Below the pieces are notes generated by a model. The model was not told where the DNA came from. It made no database searches and worked only from the letters and a program-made list of their open reading frames with translations. Shown one piece after another: positions 34,971-44,964 of a stretch of 64,000 nt of DNA (positions are counted from its first letter, which is position 1; each line of letters starts with the position of its first letter). Source of the stretch: Candidatus Melainabacteria bacterium (lineage in GTDB: Bacteria; Cyanobacteriota; Vampirovibrionia; Gastranaerophilales; Gastranaerophilaceae); NCBI GenBank assembly GCA_003258735.1, contig QHME01000006.1, positions 22,518-86,517 on the forward strand, written 5' to 3'. The position numbers and the translations under genes are program-made.

Positions 34971-36245
34971 ATGAAAAAGATTTTTTTAATAATTTCAATT
35001 TTAACAATAATTACTCCAACAATAGCGTTTGCTGATGTTGTTCATATTCCGCTTGATGAAGCTGTTAATTTGGCATTAGAAAATAATCTTGATTTAAAAT
35101 CAAAAAGAAAACAGGCAGAAGAACTTAAACAAGAAATTAAAATGGCTAATGCTCTAAAAAATCCGCAATTCCAATCTAACTTTCTGATGGGGAAAGTTAC
35201 AAGAGGAAATTCTAGCCAATTTGGTGCAGCTTTGCCGATTGAAATAGGTAAACGTGGAGTTAGAAAAAAAGTTGCCCAAGTTAATTTAAAAATAACCCAA
35301 GATGAAATAAGAGCCTCTGAACATGATCTCAAAATCAAGGTTATGCGCTCATATTTTAATATCTTATATATGAAATCTATTGTGATAATTTTGCAAGAAC
35401 GTGAAAAACTTTTCCACAGTATGAAAGATATTGCGGAGAAAAAATCAAAAACTTCACCAAATTACGATATTGATGTTTTGCAAAATGATATGAAATACAA
35501 AAAACAACTTGTATTTCTAAATCAAGCAAAAGCAAATCTTCTCGGAGCTCAATTTGCCCTGAACGATGCTATGAATATCAAAGATTCAAAAATAATGTAT
35601 GATACAAAAGAATCTTCATTATTTGAAAAGGATTTGGATATTTTAAATCTGAATTTGCTACCATATCAAACCATTGAAGATACTGCGATGAAGTATAGTT
35701 ACGCACTATCTATTGCAAAATCAAATATAGATAAAAGCAAAGAAGAAATTACTTTGGCTAAACATAAGCGCATACCTGATATAACAGTAGCTGGTGGTTA
35801 TGCTTACCAAACAAAACACCAAACTGGAACAGAGGCATATCCTGGAGCTTATGTTGGTGCATTTGTTGATGTCCCGATTTTATATACTTACGCGCCTGAA
35901 ATTAAACGAGCAGAAATCAGATTGGAGCGTTCAGAATTGGACAAAGCATCTTTTGAAAATCATTTGAAGTTTGCACTAAAAGAAGATTATAACGACTTTA
36001 AATATGCAAAAGATAATATGAGTCACTATAATGTTATTTTAAAAGAATCAAATACTGTTTTTGAAAGTTATAAAAAAAGATATGAAAAAGGGCAAGCAAG
36101 TTTACTTAACTTGATTCAGGTTGAAAATGCTTATCAAGAGACTTTGCGTGAATATATCAGTGCAGTTCAAGTGTTTTATGATGCATACCTAAACTTGATG
36201 CAAAATGTCGGACACGATATTTTGTTAAATTCAAAAGATTTGTAA
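34971..36245 (+). CDS. TolC-like outer-membrane efflux protein (OEP family)
   Basis: Start at the ATG at 34971 (MKKIFLIISILTIITPTIAFA signal peptide). N-terminal LDEAVNLALENNLDLKSKRKQ is typical of the OEP/TolC family, with two coiled-coil/beta repeat halves. Confidence 0.6.
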   Translation: MKKIFLIISILTIITPTIAFADVVHIPLDEAVNLALENNLDLKSKRKQAEELKQEIKMANALKNPQFQSNFLMGKVTRGNSSQFGAALPIEIGKRGVRKKVAQVNLKITQDEIRASEHDLKIKVMRSYFNILYMKSIVIILQEREKLFHSMKDIAEKKSKTSPNYDIDVLQNDMKYKKQLVFLNQAKANLLGAQFALNDAMNIKDSKIMYDTKESSLFEKDLDILNLNLLPYQTIEDTAMKYSYALSIAKSNIDKSKEEITLAKHKRIPDITVAGGYAYQTKHQTGTEAYPGAYVGAFVDVPILYTYAPEIKRAEIRLERSELDKASFENHLKFALKEDYNDFKYAKDNMSHYNVILKESNTVFESYKKRYEKGQASLLNLIQVENAYQETLREYISAVQVFYDAYLNLMQNVGHDILLNSKDL

Positions 36246-36313
36246 GAATGATTTATATATAAAAATTGGCGCGATGGATTTTCCATCGCGCCAATTAATT
36301 CTAGCTTTTTATC

Positions 36314-37438
36314 CTATACAGCAGCAGCTGATTTTGATTTTTCGATACATTCCATCAATGTTTTTGCAACTGTATCTTGTTCTTCATGAGTTAATTCAGG
36401 GAACATTGGAAGTGAAATAACCACTTCAGTGTTCTTTTCTGTGATAGGAAGAGAACCTTTGCCCATTCCTAACCACGCATTAACTTTTTGGAAGTGAAGA
36501 GGGATTGGGTAGTACAACATAGCGCCAATACCTTTTTCTCCAAGCATTTTGTGAACTTCATCTCTGTTAGGGATTTTAACTGTATATTGGTGGTAAACAC
36601 AATATGTGTTATCCAATTCTTTTGGAGTTTGAATATCAGCACAACCTGCAAACAATTTATTGTAGTATGCTGCATGTTCTCTTCTTTGAGAGTTCCATTC
36701 GTCAATGTGTTTAGCTTTTACTCTCAAGATAGCTGCTTGAATTTCATCAAGTCTGCTATTTACACCAAGTTCATCGTTGTGATAACGAACCATTGAACCG
36801 TGGTTTCTCAATGCGATTAATCTGTCTTTTAGTTTTTCATCATTAACTGTGCAAAGACCGCCATCACCCATTGTACCTAAGTTTTTAGTTGGATAGAAAC
36901 TGTAACATCCGATATCACCGAATGTTCCAACTTTTTGACCTTTGAAAGTTGAACCGATAGCTTGGCAACAATCTTCAACAACTCTCAAATTATGTTTTTT
37001 AGCAATAGCCATAATTGATTCCATATCACATGGTTGACCATATAGGTGAACAGGAATGATAGCTTTTGTTTTAGGAGTAATAGCTGCTTCTATTTTTGCA
37101 GGGTCAATATTGAATGTATCAGGGTCAATATCAACAAATACTGGTTTAGCTCCAACCATGCCAATAGCTTCAGCTGTGGCAACAAATGTAAATGCAGTTG
37201 TGATAACTTCATCACCAGCTCCGATATCCAAAGCTCTCAATGCAATATGTAATGCATCAGTACCAGAGTTCAATGCAACTGTATATTTGCATCCGATATA
37301 TTCTGCAAGTTCGCTTTCTAATGCTTTTACGTTTGGTCCAAGAATATAGCAACCTGACCTCATAACTTCACATACAGCTTTTTCAGCTTCTGCGCCAATT
37401 TGTGCATATTGACGTTTTGAATCAAAAATAGGAATCAT
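36314..37438 (-). CDS. DegT/DnrJ/EryC1/StrS family PLP-dependent sugar aminotransferase
   Basis: 374 aa. MIPIFDSKRQYAQIGAEAEKAV...GCYILGPNVKALESELAEYIGCKYTVALNSGTDALHIAL matches the family's N-terminus; a conserved Lys region (FYPTKNLG) is present. Confidence 0.8.
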   Translation of the reverse strand: MIPIFDSKRQYAQIGAEAEKAVCEVMRSGCYILGPNVKALESELAEYIGCKYTVALNSGTDALHIALRALDIGAGDEVITTAFTFVATAEAIGMVGAKPVFVDIDPDTFNIDPAKIEAAITPKTKAIIPVHLYGQPCDMESIMAIAKKHNLRVVEDCCQAIGSTFKGQKVGTFGDIGCYSFYPTKNLGTMGDGGLCTVNDEKLKDRLIALRNHGSMVRYHNDELGVNSRLDEIQAAILRVKAKHIDEWNSQRREHAAYYNKLFAGCADIQTPKELDNTYCVYHQYTVKIPNRDEVHKMLGEKGIGAMLYYPIPLHFQKVNAWLGMGKGSLPITEKNTEVVISLPMFPELTHEEQDTVAKTLMECIEKSKSAAAV

Positions 37439-37544
37439 GTTTCTCTCCTTTGTTTATCTGTCAAATTTTTACCTATGAAATGATTATACCATAGGTTTTT
37501 GGGTATTAATATAAAATTTATATTAATAATATTTTGTTTGTTTA

Positions 37545-38228
37545 CTATTTCTTTCTAAAAATTATTGCCCCAGGAACAATAAATGCCATATCAATTGATT
37601 TTTCTAAGGCTTGAATGTGTGGTGGTAATTGGTTGAAAAATGGACGATAATTTACTTGATTTCGGTTTTCGGAAACTCTCAAAATTTTCATTCTATCCAT
37701 TGCATAATCCCAAAATACTTGAGCATCAAGAACTTTTGGCGGATAATTTGGATAAGCTCCAAGTGCTCCGCATTCAAGGTCTTCAATTATATAAAATCCA
37801 CCTGAATTTACCATCGGAAATAGCATTTCAAATGTGCGTCTTTGGTCGCCCCATGCATGAGAGCAATCATCAATGATGCACATAATGTTTTCATTAAATT
37901 TGCTCAATTTTTGAGGAAGGTCATCTGCGACAGCATCAGAACAGACAAAAGAAATTCGTTCTTCTTCCAGTCTTGCTAATTTTTCATCTAAATCAACACC
38001 TATTATGTGTGCTTTTGCATAATATTCTTTCCACATCTTTAAAGATGCTCCGGTATAACAGCCAAGTTCAATGATTGTAAATGTTTCATCAAGTAAAGTA
38101 GATAAAAACAATTCATAATGTCTTAAATAATCGTGACCTTTTGTCAGATTGCCACGTCTCGTGTACTGAGATGCCTTATCTGTGTTGTATTTTTGACCTA
38201 ACTTGTCCAAAACTCCAAACTTGACCAT
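37545..38228 (-). CDS. class I SAM-dependent methyltransferase, TylF/MycF (macrocin-O-methyltransferase)-like
   Basis: Start at the internal ATG 38228 with a strong AAGGAG RBS 7 nt upstream. ELGCYTGASLKMW...GVDLD and later DDCSHAWGDQ motifs resemble TylF-family sugar O-methyltransferases. Confidence 0.55.
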   Translation of the reverse strand: MVKFGVLDKLGQKYNTDKASQYTRRGNLTKGHDYLRHYELFLSTLLDETFTIIELGCYTGASLKMWKEYYAKAHIIGVDLDEKLARLEEERISFVCSDAVADDLPQKLSKFNENIMCIIDDCSHAWGDQRRTFEMLFPMVNSGGFYIIEDLECGALGAYPNYPPKVLDAQVFWDYAMDRMKILRVSENRNQVNYRPFFNQLPPHIQALEKSIDMAFIVPGAIIFRKK

Positions 38229-38317
38229 TTTATTTCTCCTTAATTTTCCTATGTAAAAATTATATGACAAAACCCTTATGCATAGCAAATTTATTTTTTA
38301 GGATTTTTATAAAGGCT

Positions 38318-39466
38318 ATGAGTGAGAAGTATTTTTTAATTTCTAAACTGACAAGAGTTCCTTTTGTCAAATATAAAGGCAATGCTGTTGTGCTTTCAGA
38401 AAAGCTCCCAACGACTTATGATGAGGTTGTAGTTGGTTTAAAAGACAACAAACAAAATATTCGTACAATTACGACTTTTAGAGATGAAACAGGGCAAATT
38501 GTTGAACGCTCATTTGATTATTATGGTAAACAATTGAGGCATCGGATTTATTCAATGCGAGATTCTGTGATTGGGGAAAAAGAATGGGTTGATTCTAAAA
38601 AAATTCAAGAATTAACTATTGCAAAAAGAACTCTGAAAACTATCTATTTAGAAATAAAAGATAAACTTAGAGAGATGCATTTGCTGACATATCTATGGGA
38701 TGAAAAAAATACGCGAGTAAATCACCTTGCAAAAGATTTACAAACCGGCAGAAAAATATTATCAAGTGTATTTATTAACCATGTTAAAAATGAACATAAA
38801 TTCATTGAATATCCTTCTGTATCAGGTAAGTACAAGCCAAAAGTGTTATCATTCAAGGTTAATAAAAATACTTTAGAGGTTAAAAAAGGCTCAATCACTG
38901 CTCAAAATATAAAAGCTCCAATCGGTGACGAGTATCTTGGTGTCAGAGCTTATGATATGGAAGATGCAAGAGTTCCAATTGCAAAATATTTTATTCATAA
39001 GCGTAAGCTTGATGATGCTGAATTGGTCTTGAACAATAATTATGTGCCTAGTGCGAAAGAAAAAGATATTATTGCATTTTATTCGGATGAAAATGGGTCA
39101 ATAAATTTCAACAGAGAATATAAACATAAATCTAAAAAGGATATCATAAATACATGTGCGCATGAAGTTGAGCATGCTTGGCAATGGTATTTGCATGCGA
39201 TACAAACCGGTGGAGAGACTGCTTATACTCATAGAATATACTTGAAAAACGATTATTTGAAAGATGGTGAAATGATTCTTGAGGCAAGCCGTTATACTGA
39301 TGCAATAGATAAATATGTAACATGTATGGAAAATGTTGAAGAATATAGAAAGAGTTTGTTAGAGGTTAAAGCAAGACATAAAGGAAAGTTGGAAGAAGAA
39401 AATTATAAACGTCAAGGACATTATCTTCGCAGTGCCTTTCGTCATATTCCTCAAGAATTTTTGTAG
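38318..39466 (+). CDS. cytoplasmic HExxH motif protein (putative zinc metallopeptidase-like), unknown
   Basis: Start at the ATG 38318 (RBS AAAGG). No signal peptide. HEVEH motif (CAHEVEHAWQWY) near residue 280, with a downstream Glu/Tyr-rich region. Confidence 0.4.
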   Translation: MSEKYFLISKLTRVPFVKYKGNAVVLSEKLPTTYDEVVVGLKDNKQNIRTITTFRDETGQIVERSFDYYGKQLRHRIYSMRDSVIGEKEWVDSKKIQELTIAKRTLKTIYLEIKDKLREMHLLTYLWDEKNTRVNHLAKDLQTGRKILSSVFINHVKNEHKFIEYPSVSGKYKPKVLSFKVNKNTLEVKKGSITAQNIKAPIGDEYLGVRAYDMEDARVPIAKYFIHKRKLDDAELVLNNNYVPSAKEKDIIAFYSDENGSINFNREYKHKSKKDIINTCAHEVEHAWQWYLHAIQTGGETAYTHRIYLKNDYLKDGEMILEASRYTDAIDKYVTCMENVEEYRKSLLEVKARHKGKLEEENYKRQGHYLRSAFRHIPQEFL

Positions 39467-39534
39467 ATAGTTTTGTTTCTGTAAAACATTTTTATAGTTT
39501 GTCGTAATATTAAAGTTTTTAAGCATAAAAAAAA

Positions 39535-39562
39535 CCACTCAACAAGTGAGTGGGTCGTTTTC
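39535..39562 (+). terminator. rho-independent terminator
   Basis: CCACTCA-ACAAG-TGAGTGG followed by GTCGTTTTCTG. Confidence 0.55.
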
Positions 39563-39812
39563 TGCATCCTAATGGTCTCTTTTAGTGTTTATTATTTAGG
39601 AGTTTATATGTTTTTGGGGTTAATGAACTATTTATATTTAGTGTTTCGACTACACTTAAATCTTATGTAATTATTATGGCACAAGATAATTTTTATGTCA
39701 ACACAATCTTTTTATAATTAATTTCATATTCCGAAAATGCAGATATAGTGTATATTTTACACTTTACAAAACTTAATAATTGAATATTTAAAGGGTGAAT
39801 TTGAAAGTTTTT

Positions 39813-40034
39813 TTAGAATTTGCAGTTTAAAATTTCTTCAATTTTAACATTTAAAGCCTTCGCTATTGAATATAAAGTTTTGATTTTTACATTATTTAAT
39901 CCGCGCTCCAATGTACTGATTGAATTTAGGTTCAAATTTGCACGAAAAGCCAACTCTTCTTGCGAAATTCCTTCTTTTTGGCGTAGATATCTGACACTTT
40001 GCCCTATTTTGAATAGTAATTCATCCTTCATCAC
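39813..40034 (-). CDS. XRE-family (Cro/C1-type) HTH transcriptional regulator
   Basis: 73 aa. VRYLRQKEGISQEELAFRANLNLNSISTLERGLNNVKIKTLYSIAKAL is a canonical HTH_3 motif. Confidence 0.7.
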   Translation of the reverse strand: MMKDELLFKIGQSVRYLRQKEGISQEELAFRANLNLNSISTLERGLNNVKIKTLYSIAKALNVKIEEILNCKF

Positions 40035-40132
40035 TCAATTGTATATTCTTGACATTATCAAATCTAACTATTATAGTATTAATATTCATAGCAAACTATT
40101 AAAAATATATCTAAAATAGTAAGGATAAAATA

Positions 40133-40837
40133 ATGTCAAAATTAAAATCAGGTTTTACTTTAGCAGAAGTATTAATTACCCTTGGAATTATAGGAGTCGT
40201 TGCAGCAATGACTATCCCAACTATTATGCAAAAGATAACGAAAAGAAAGTTAGAAACTCAAATAAAAGCTGCATATTCAACAATTGCACAAACTATGCGT
40301 TCAGTTGAAGCTGATGATTCTGGTTTTGATATGAAAATTGCGACAGACGAAGGTCAAGATTCTACAAACAATTGGTTTAAGTCATACATTTTGCCGTATC
40401 TTAAAACTGAAAATGTTTGTTATAATAAACCTGGTTGTTGGCACAAAAAGGGTACAGTAAAGGATTTGCAAGGTAATCCGTCACCTTGGGACTATGACGC
40501 AGGTTTAGGTAATTACATTGTTACATTTATCACAGCGAAGGGTACATATTTTAATATAGATGGGATGAGCGTTTATCGTATGAATACTTTGTTTGGAATA
40601 AAAACAGATAGTATTGGATTGGTGTTTTATTTTGATGCTAATGGGGATAGAAAACCAAATGTCATAGGTAAAGATGTTTATGTAATGGCATATACTGATA
40701 AAGGCTTAGTTCCAGCAGGTGCAGATAAAACTCCTGAAGAAGTAGAACAAAATTGTTTTAACGGTAATGGTTACTGGTGTTTGGCTTATTTGAAAAACAA
40801 CGGTTGGGAAATTTCTGATAAAGTTTGGAAAAGATAA
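40133..40837 (+). CDS. prepilin-type N-terminal cleavage/methylation domain protein (type IV pilin/pseudopilin-like)
   Basis: 234 aa. N-terminal class III signal MSKLKSGFTLAEVLITLGIIGVVAAMTIP (G|FTLAE). The C-terminal motif GNGYWCLAYLKNNGWEISDKVW is shared with 45612..46367. Confidence 0.7.
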   Translation: MSKLKSGFTLAEVLITLGIIGVVAAMTIPTIMQKITKRKLETQIKAAYSTIAQTMRSVEADDSGFDMKIATDEGQDSTNNWFKSYILPYLKTENVCYNKPGCWHKKGTVKDLQGNPSPWDYDAGLGNYIVTFITAKGTYFNIDGMSVYRMNTLFGIKTDSIGLVFYFDANGDRKPNVIGKDVYVMAYTDKGLVPAGADKTPEEVEQNCFNGNGYWCLAYLKNNGWEISDKVWKR

Positions 40838-40936
40838 TTTATGTTAAATTATGTAACGAAACTTTTTTGATAAAACGCAATTATTTATTGTTTATATCCT
40901 TTATATATATAAGAGCAGAGCATAAAGGATTATTCT

Positions 40937-41284
40937 ATGAGCGGTTATGAAAGTCAAAATACATTAGCAGTAAACAATATTGGTGCATCTAGTGGTACTT
41001 ATCAAAAAATTGATTTGGGTATTAAACCTACAGATGAAGAAAAACGTAATCTTGTTAGTGATACTTTTGGGTATATAAAGAATTCTGCTGATGCCATTTG
41101 GGCAGGAATAGGTTTAGCTTTCAGTGTTACAAAAAATTGTCAGATGTTGGAAAACGATCCAAATTCGTCATTTATTATAGATAACAAAAAATATGTTCCG
41201 CATACACCTGTAGGGAATTTGCATCCATATAACGAGGATGGATGTCCTTCAAGTGGATGTTATACAATGCACACATTAGCTTAA
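40937..41284 (+). CDS. hypothetical protein
   Basis: 115-aa ORF; no motif. Confidence 0.3.
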   Translation: MSGYESQNTLAVNNIGASSGTYQKIDLGIKPTDEEKRNLVSDTFGYIKNSADAIWAGIGLAFSVTKNCQMLENDPNSSFIIDNKKYVPHTPVGNLHPYNEDGCPSSGCYTMHTLA

Positions 41285-41311
41285 ATTTTACAGAGGAGAT
41301 AATTTCAGACA

Positions 41312-41584
41312 ATGCAACAAATCGGTGGTATACAACTTAATCCAAAACCAGGAACGGACTTTAATAGTCAATATAATGTCCCTGATACCGGTTTGACTAA
41401 CAATACTACATTGTCAAATAATCCTTTATATAATCTTTTGCAAGTTATTTTTCAGAATACAAAAACTGATGAAATTGCTCATCAAGTTGCAAACTGCGAA
41501 GTCGTTGGCTCAAATGGTTTGAAGGTTAATGCAGATAGTCTAAAAACTCAAAATGCAGGAAACAAACTTATTACACAGGCGTAG
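41312..41584 (+). CDS. hypothetical protein
   Basis: 90-aa ORF; no motif. Confidence 0.3.
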   Translation: MQQIGGIQLNPKPGTDFNSQYNVPDTGLTNNTTLSNNPLYNLLQVIFQNTKTDEIAHQVANCEVVGSNGLKVNADSLKTQNAGNKLITQA

Positions 41585-41757
41585 CAAGTGTCCACTTTCA
41601 GGTTTTTAAAATATTATAAATTTTGTACAAAGTTAATATGTTCAATTAGAGATTCTGAAACTCCGCAGTTGCATAAAATGTAACTCCATTTCGTTTCGCA
41701 CTCTGCTCCTGCTGTTCAGGGTGACCTAAAAATCTTGTTCTTCCACCTTCAATCCAA

Positions 41758-42510
41758 TTACACCAAGGATAAATTGTGCTCAGTTTTGTTCAATTTGCGT
41801 AGTGTTTCAACTCTTTTTAAAATTTTGTTTGCTTGTTCGCCATCAGGTTTTGCAGATAAATATTTTCTGTAATACCGTTTTGCTTCGGTCTTTTTGCCTA
41901 ATTTGTCAAAACAAAGTCCTATATCTGAATAAATTTTTGTATAATTAGGGTTGATTTTTAATACGTCTAAATACAAGCCCAGCGCAGGTTTGTACATTTC
42001 CATTTTTGTTAGCAAATAAGATTTTCGCAAATATGCATTAATGTATGTTGGAGAATTTTCAATAAGTTTTTGATAAATCATCAAAGCCATATCCGATTCT
42101 TCGCATTGTTCATGTGCTAAGCCCAACTGATAAATCGCATCAGGATTATCTGGTTCCAGTTGAATTGCTTGAATAAAGCATTTGATTGCTTTGCAAGGGG
42201 TTTCATCTTTTAGATGGCATAGCCCAAGTTCGTAAAAAATATCAAATTTTTCAGGGTCGAGTAAAGCTGCTTTTTCAAGATTTTCGATAGCTTTTTCAAG
42301 TTTGCCTAAATTTTTGTAGCAAACTCCCAGTCCAAGATAGGTATCAGCATTATTTCTATCCAGTAAAACCGAATTTAAGTAACTACCGACAGCTTCTTTG
42401 AACGAATCTTTTAGTCTGAGCATGTCTGCTTTTTCTCTAAATTTGTCAGGCAAATTTTTTGCAGAAACAGGTGTGCTCATATAACACGATTTGGTTTTTT
42501 CGCCACTCAA
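41758..42510 (-). CDS. TPR-repeat protein
   Basis: 250 aa with six or more TPR-like 34-mers (AIENLEKAALLDPEKFDIFYELGLCH...). Confidence 0.65.
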   Translation of the reverse strand: MSGEKTKSCYMSTPVSAKNLPDKFREKADMLRLKDSFKEAVGSYLNSVLLDRNNADTYLGLGVCYKNLGKLEKAIENLEKAALLDPEKFDIFYELGLCHLKDETPCKAIKCFIQAIQLEPDNPDAIYQLGLAHEQCEESDMALMIYQKLIENSPTYINAYLRKSYLLTKMEMYKPALGLYLDVLKINPNYTKIYSDIGLCFDKLGKKTEAKRYYRKYLSAKPDGEQANKILKRVETLRKLNKTEHNLSLV

Positions 42511-42629
42511 CTCTTTATTTCCTCTTCTTCATACATTCTAGATTTTTTTTCATGTTTGATGAACCATCATTAGATTTAAAGATTAATCAATCATTGGATT
42601 TATTCTGACTATTGTGCTATAAATTTAGT

Positions 42630-43457
42630 ATGAATAAGTTGTTAATTTTATTAGGGATAATAAGTTTTTGCGCAATGCCTGCAATGGCTGTTGATGGTGA
42701 AGAAGTTCATCTTGGAACAGTTGAACAGGCAAAAATCGAATTGCCAAAAGTTGATTATAAGGGTAAAGATTCTCTTGTAATAAGTGAGCAAGAAATCATG
42801 GACGAAATTATTAAACTTCAAAAAGAAAAAGATATTGAGGATATTGATAATTTGTGGAAAGGAACTGTCGAAAATAATCAAGTTATTGGTTTTGCACTAA
42901 AAAAATTAGCAACTCCGGAAAGCCAAAGGCGAATCCATTCATCTTTGATGGCAAAGACCTTGTCAGCAATTGTTTCTGGTGCATCTCTTGCTCCGGCTTT
43001 GGTTGGGGCTGATTATATGGTTCAATCAGGCTCTTATGCTGCAGGGCGTATTGCGCAAAACCTGTTGAATAAAAAAAATATTCCGCAAGAAGTTCCGCTA
43101 ACTGATACTGAATTGATTGAGCTTGCAGGACTTGTTGAGAATTTGCAAGATAAAATTATTAATGCATATTACAACTACAAGGGAGCGTTAGGACAACTAA
43201 AGGAAGTTCGTTCTCGAGAGCTTTTGTATAGCAAAAACTATGGCAAAGCTATGGATGATGAGGATTTCTTAGAAATTGCAATATCATCTTCTTTGTATAA
43301 AGATATGCAGCTTGAAGAATATAAATATACTCAAATGGCGAAAAAATACCACCTAGAATTACAAAGGCTAGCAGGAAAAAAAGTTGTGGACAGCTTGAAT
43401 TTGTATCAATATAATTATGATTCAGCGTTGATTGGAGGTAACAATGCTAAAAACTAA
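42630..43457 (+). CDS. secreted protein, paralog family (with 43444..44964)
   Basis: Start at the ATG 42630 (signal peptide MNKLLILLGIISFCAMPAMA). The region LWKGTVENNQVIGFALKKLA...SAIVSGASLAPALVGADYMVQSGSYAAGRI parallels the next gene. Confidence 0.45.
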   Translation: MNKLLILLGIISFCAMPAMAVDGEEVHLGTVEQAKIELPKVDYKGKDSLVISEQEIMDEIIKLQKEKDIEDIDNLWKGTVENNQVIGFALKKLATPESQRRIHSSLMAKTLSAIVSGASLAPALVGADYMVQSGSYAAGRIAQNLLNKKNIPQEVPLTDTELIELAGLVENLQDKIINAYYNYKGALGQLKEVRSRELLYSKNYGKAMDDEDFLEIAISSSLYKDMQLEEYKYTQMAKKYHLELQRLAGKKVVDSLNLYQYNYDSALIGGNNAKN

Positions 43458-44964
43458 AATATTACTTACGTCTGTAATATTGGGATGTTCAATTGTTTCT
43501 GCGTGTGCTGTTGAAACTATTGACAGTTTAGAATTTCCAAAACCTCCGGCATATCGTGTCGGAATTTCTGAACTCCCTGAAACTCAATATGTTCAAGCAA
43601 CTCAAGATAGAAATAAAATTGAGAAAAAATATGCAAAGATTGACGAAGTTCCTGATGCAGGTATTGCGGATATGACTTATGCGGATTTGAGCATAAAAAG
43701 ATTATCAAAAGAAATTGCACAAGATTTGGAATTTGAAGAGCAAGATATGGTTTCAGATTTGTCTTTGTTGTGGCAAGGTGCTGCTATGCAAAGCGATACT
43801 ATAAATTTTGCGTTATATAAACTTGCAAATCCGGATGCGGACAAACCTGACGAAAAATCTATCAAAAAAGTTTTGTCGACAATTGCAAGTATGTCAACTT
43901 TAGTTGGTGCTAGTATGGGTAGCCCTGTGTTGGCAGGTTCTTCACTTATTGGTGGAAATATCTTGGGGATTATGTCACAAGATACAAAGGCTCTTAACTA
44001 TAAATACACAAGGGTAACCGATGCTGATATGATTATTTTAATCAGAAAAGTTGAGGATTTACAGCAAAGGGCTGTAGATTTGTATTATGACTATATGAGC
44101 GCAAAACGCCAATTAGAATTTACAAATGAATTGGTTGCAGAACGTCAACGAAAGTTTGAACTTGCACAAAAGAATAATGCACAACGCGAATTGATTGTTA
44201 TAACGGATGCTTATTACCGTACTGCTTTGGACAAACAAAGAACAGCAAAATCTGAATTCTTTTCAAAACGTGCAGCTTTAGAACAATTTGTCGGCAATGA
44301 AACTTTTGTTCAATTTGAAGCAGAATTAGCCGCAAGAGATAGAGGCGAGACAACTAAGACAGCAAAATCTGAAGAAACTACATCAAACTCTACAGAACAA
44401 GATTCAGAATATAATAATACTATTCAAAATGTCGAACAGTATACAAATAAATTGCAACAAGCGCAAACTGTAGATTTTGAATCAAATGACGCTACTTCTA
44501 ATAATCAAAACGAATCAGAAGAAACTGCGCCGTTTTCATTTGTTCAAGAGGATGAGGAATCAGTTACAACAGGTTCCTCTTCAAATATAGAAAATGAAGA
44601 TAAGCCAAAACATAAGCTTTTCAATAAATCAAAAAAAGATAAAAAAGGTGAGGAAAACACTACAAAAACTGTAGCTCCAGAAAAGAAATATCCGAAAAAT
44701 TCTACAAAAGATTTGATATTTTTGCATGGACAGGACAAGCATTCTGTACAGTCCCCATTATTAAAAAAGACACAAACTTCAACAACAACTGATAATAATC
44801 AGGTTCAGATTTCTCAACCTGCAAATTCTTTAAGACCACAAACAGTTGATACAACAGGCTTACCTCCACTTGATGAAATCAGGATTCCGGATTTGACTCC
44901 GAACGGTTATTCAATTTATTCTGAATATTATGGAGAAACAAATGACAGTTTACCTCCCTTATAG
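43444..44964 (+). CDS. putative lipoprotein, paralog of 42630..43457, with long acidic/Ser-Thr-rich C-terminal tail
   Basis: Start at the ATG 43444 (RBS GGAGG). Signal peptide with lipobox MLKTKILLTSVILGCSIVSAC. Shares LLWQGAAMQSDTINFALYKLA...STIASMSTLVGASMGSPVLAGSS. C-terminal residues about 300-505 are low-complexity. Confidence 0.45.
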   Translation: MLKTKILLTSVILGCSIVSACAVETIDSLEFPKPPAYRVGISELPETQYVQATQDRNKIEKKYAKIDEVPDAGIADMTYADLSIKRLSKEIAQDLEFEEQDMVSDLSLLWQGAAMQSDTINFALYKLANPDADKPDEKSIKKVLSTIASMSTLVGASMGSPVLAGSSLIGGNILGIMSQDTKALNYKYTRVTDADMIILIRKVEDLQQRAVDLYYDYMSAKRQLEFTNELVAERQRKFELAQKNNAQRELIVITDAYYRTALDKQRTAKSEFFSKRAALEQFVGNETFVQFEAELAARDRGETTKTAKSEETTSNSTEQDSEYNNTIQNVEQYTNKLQQAQTVDFESNDATSNNQNESEETAPFSFVQEDEESVTTGSSSNIENEDKPKHKLFNKSKKDKKGEENTTKTVAPEKKYPKNSTKDLIFLHGQDKHSVQSPLLKKTQTSTTTDNNQVQISQPANSLRPQTVDTTGLPPLDEIRIPDLTPNGYSIYSEYYGETNDSLPPL

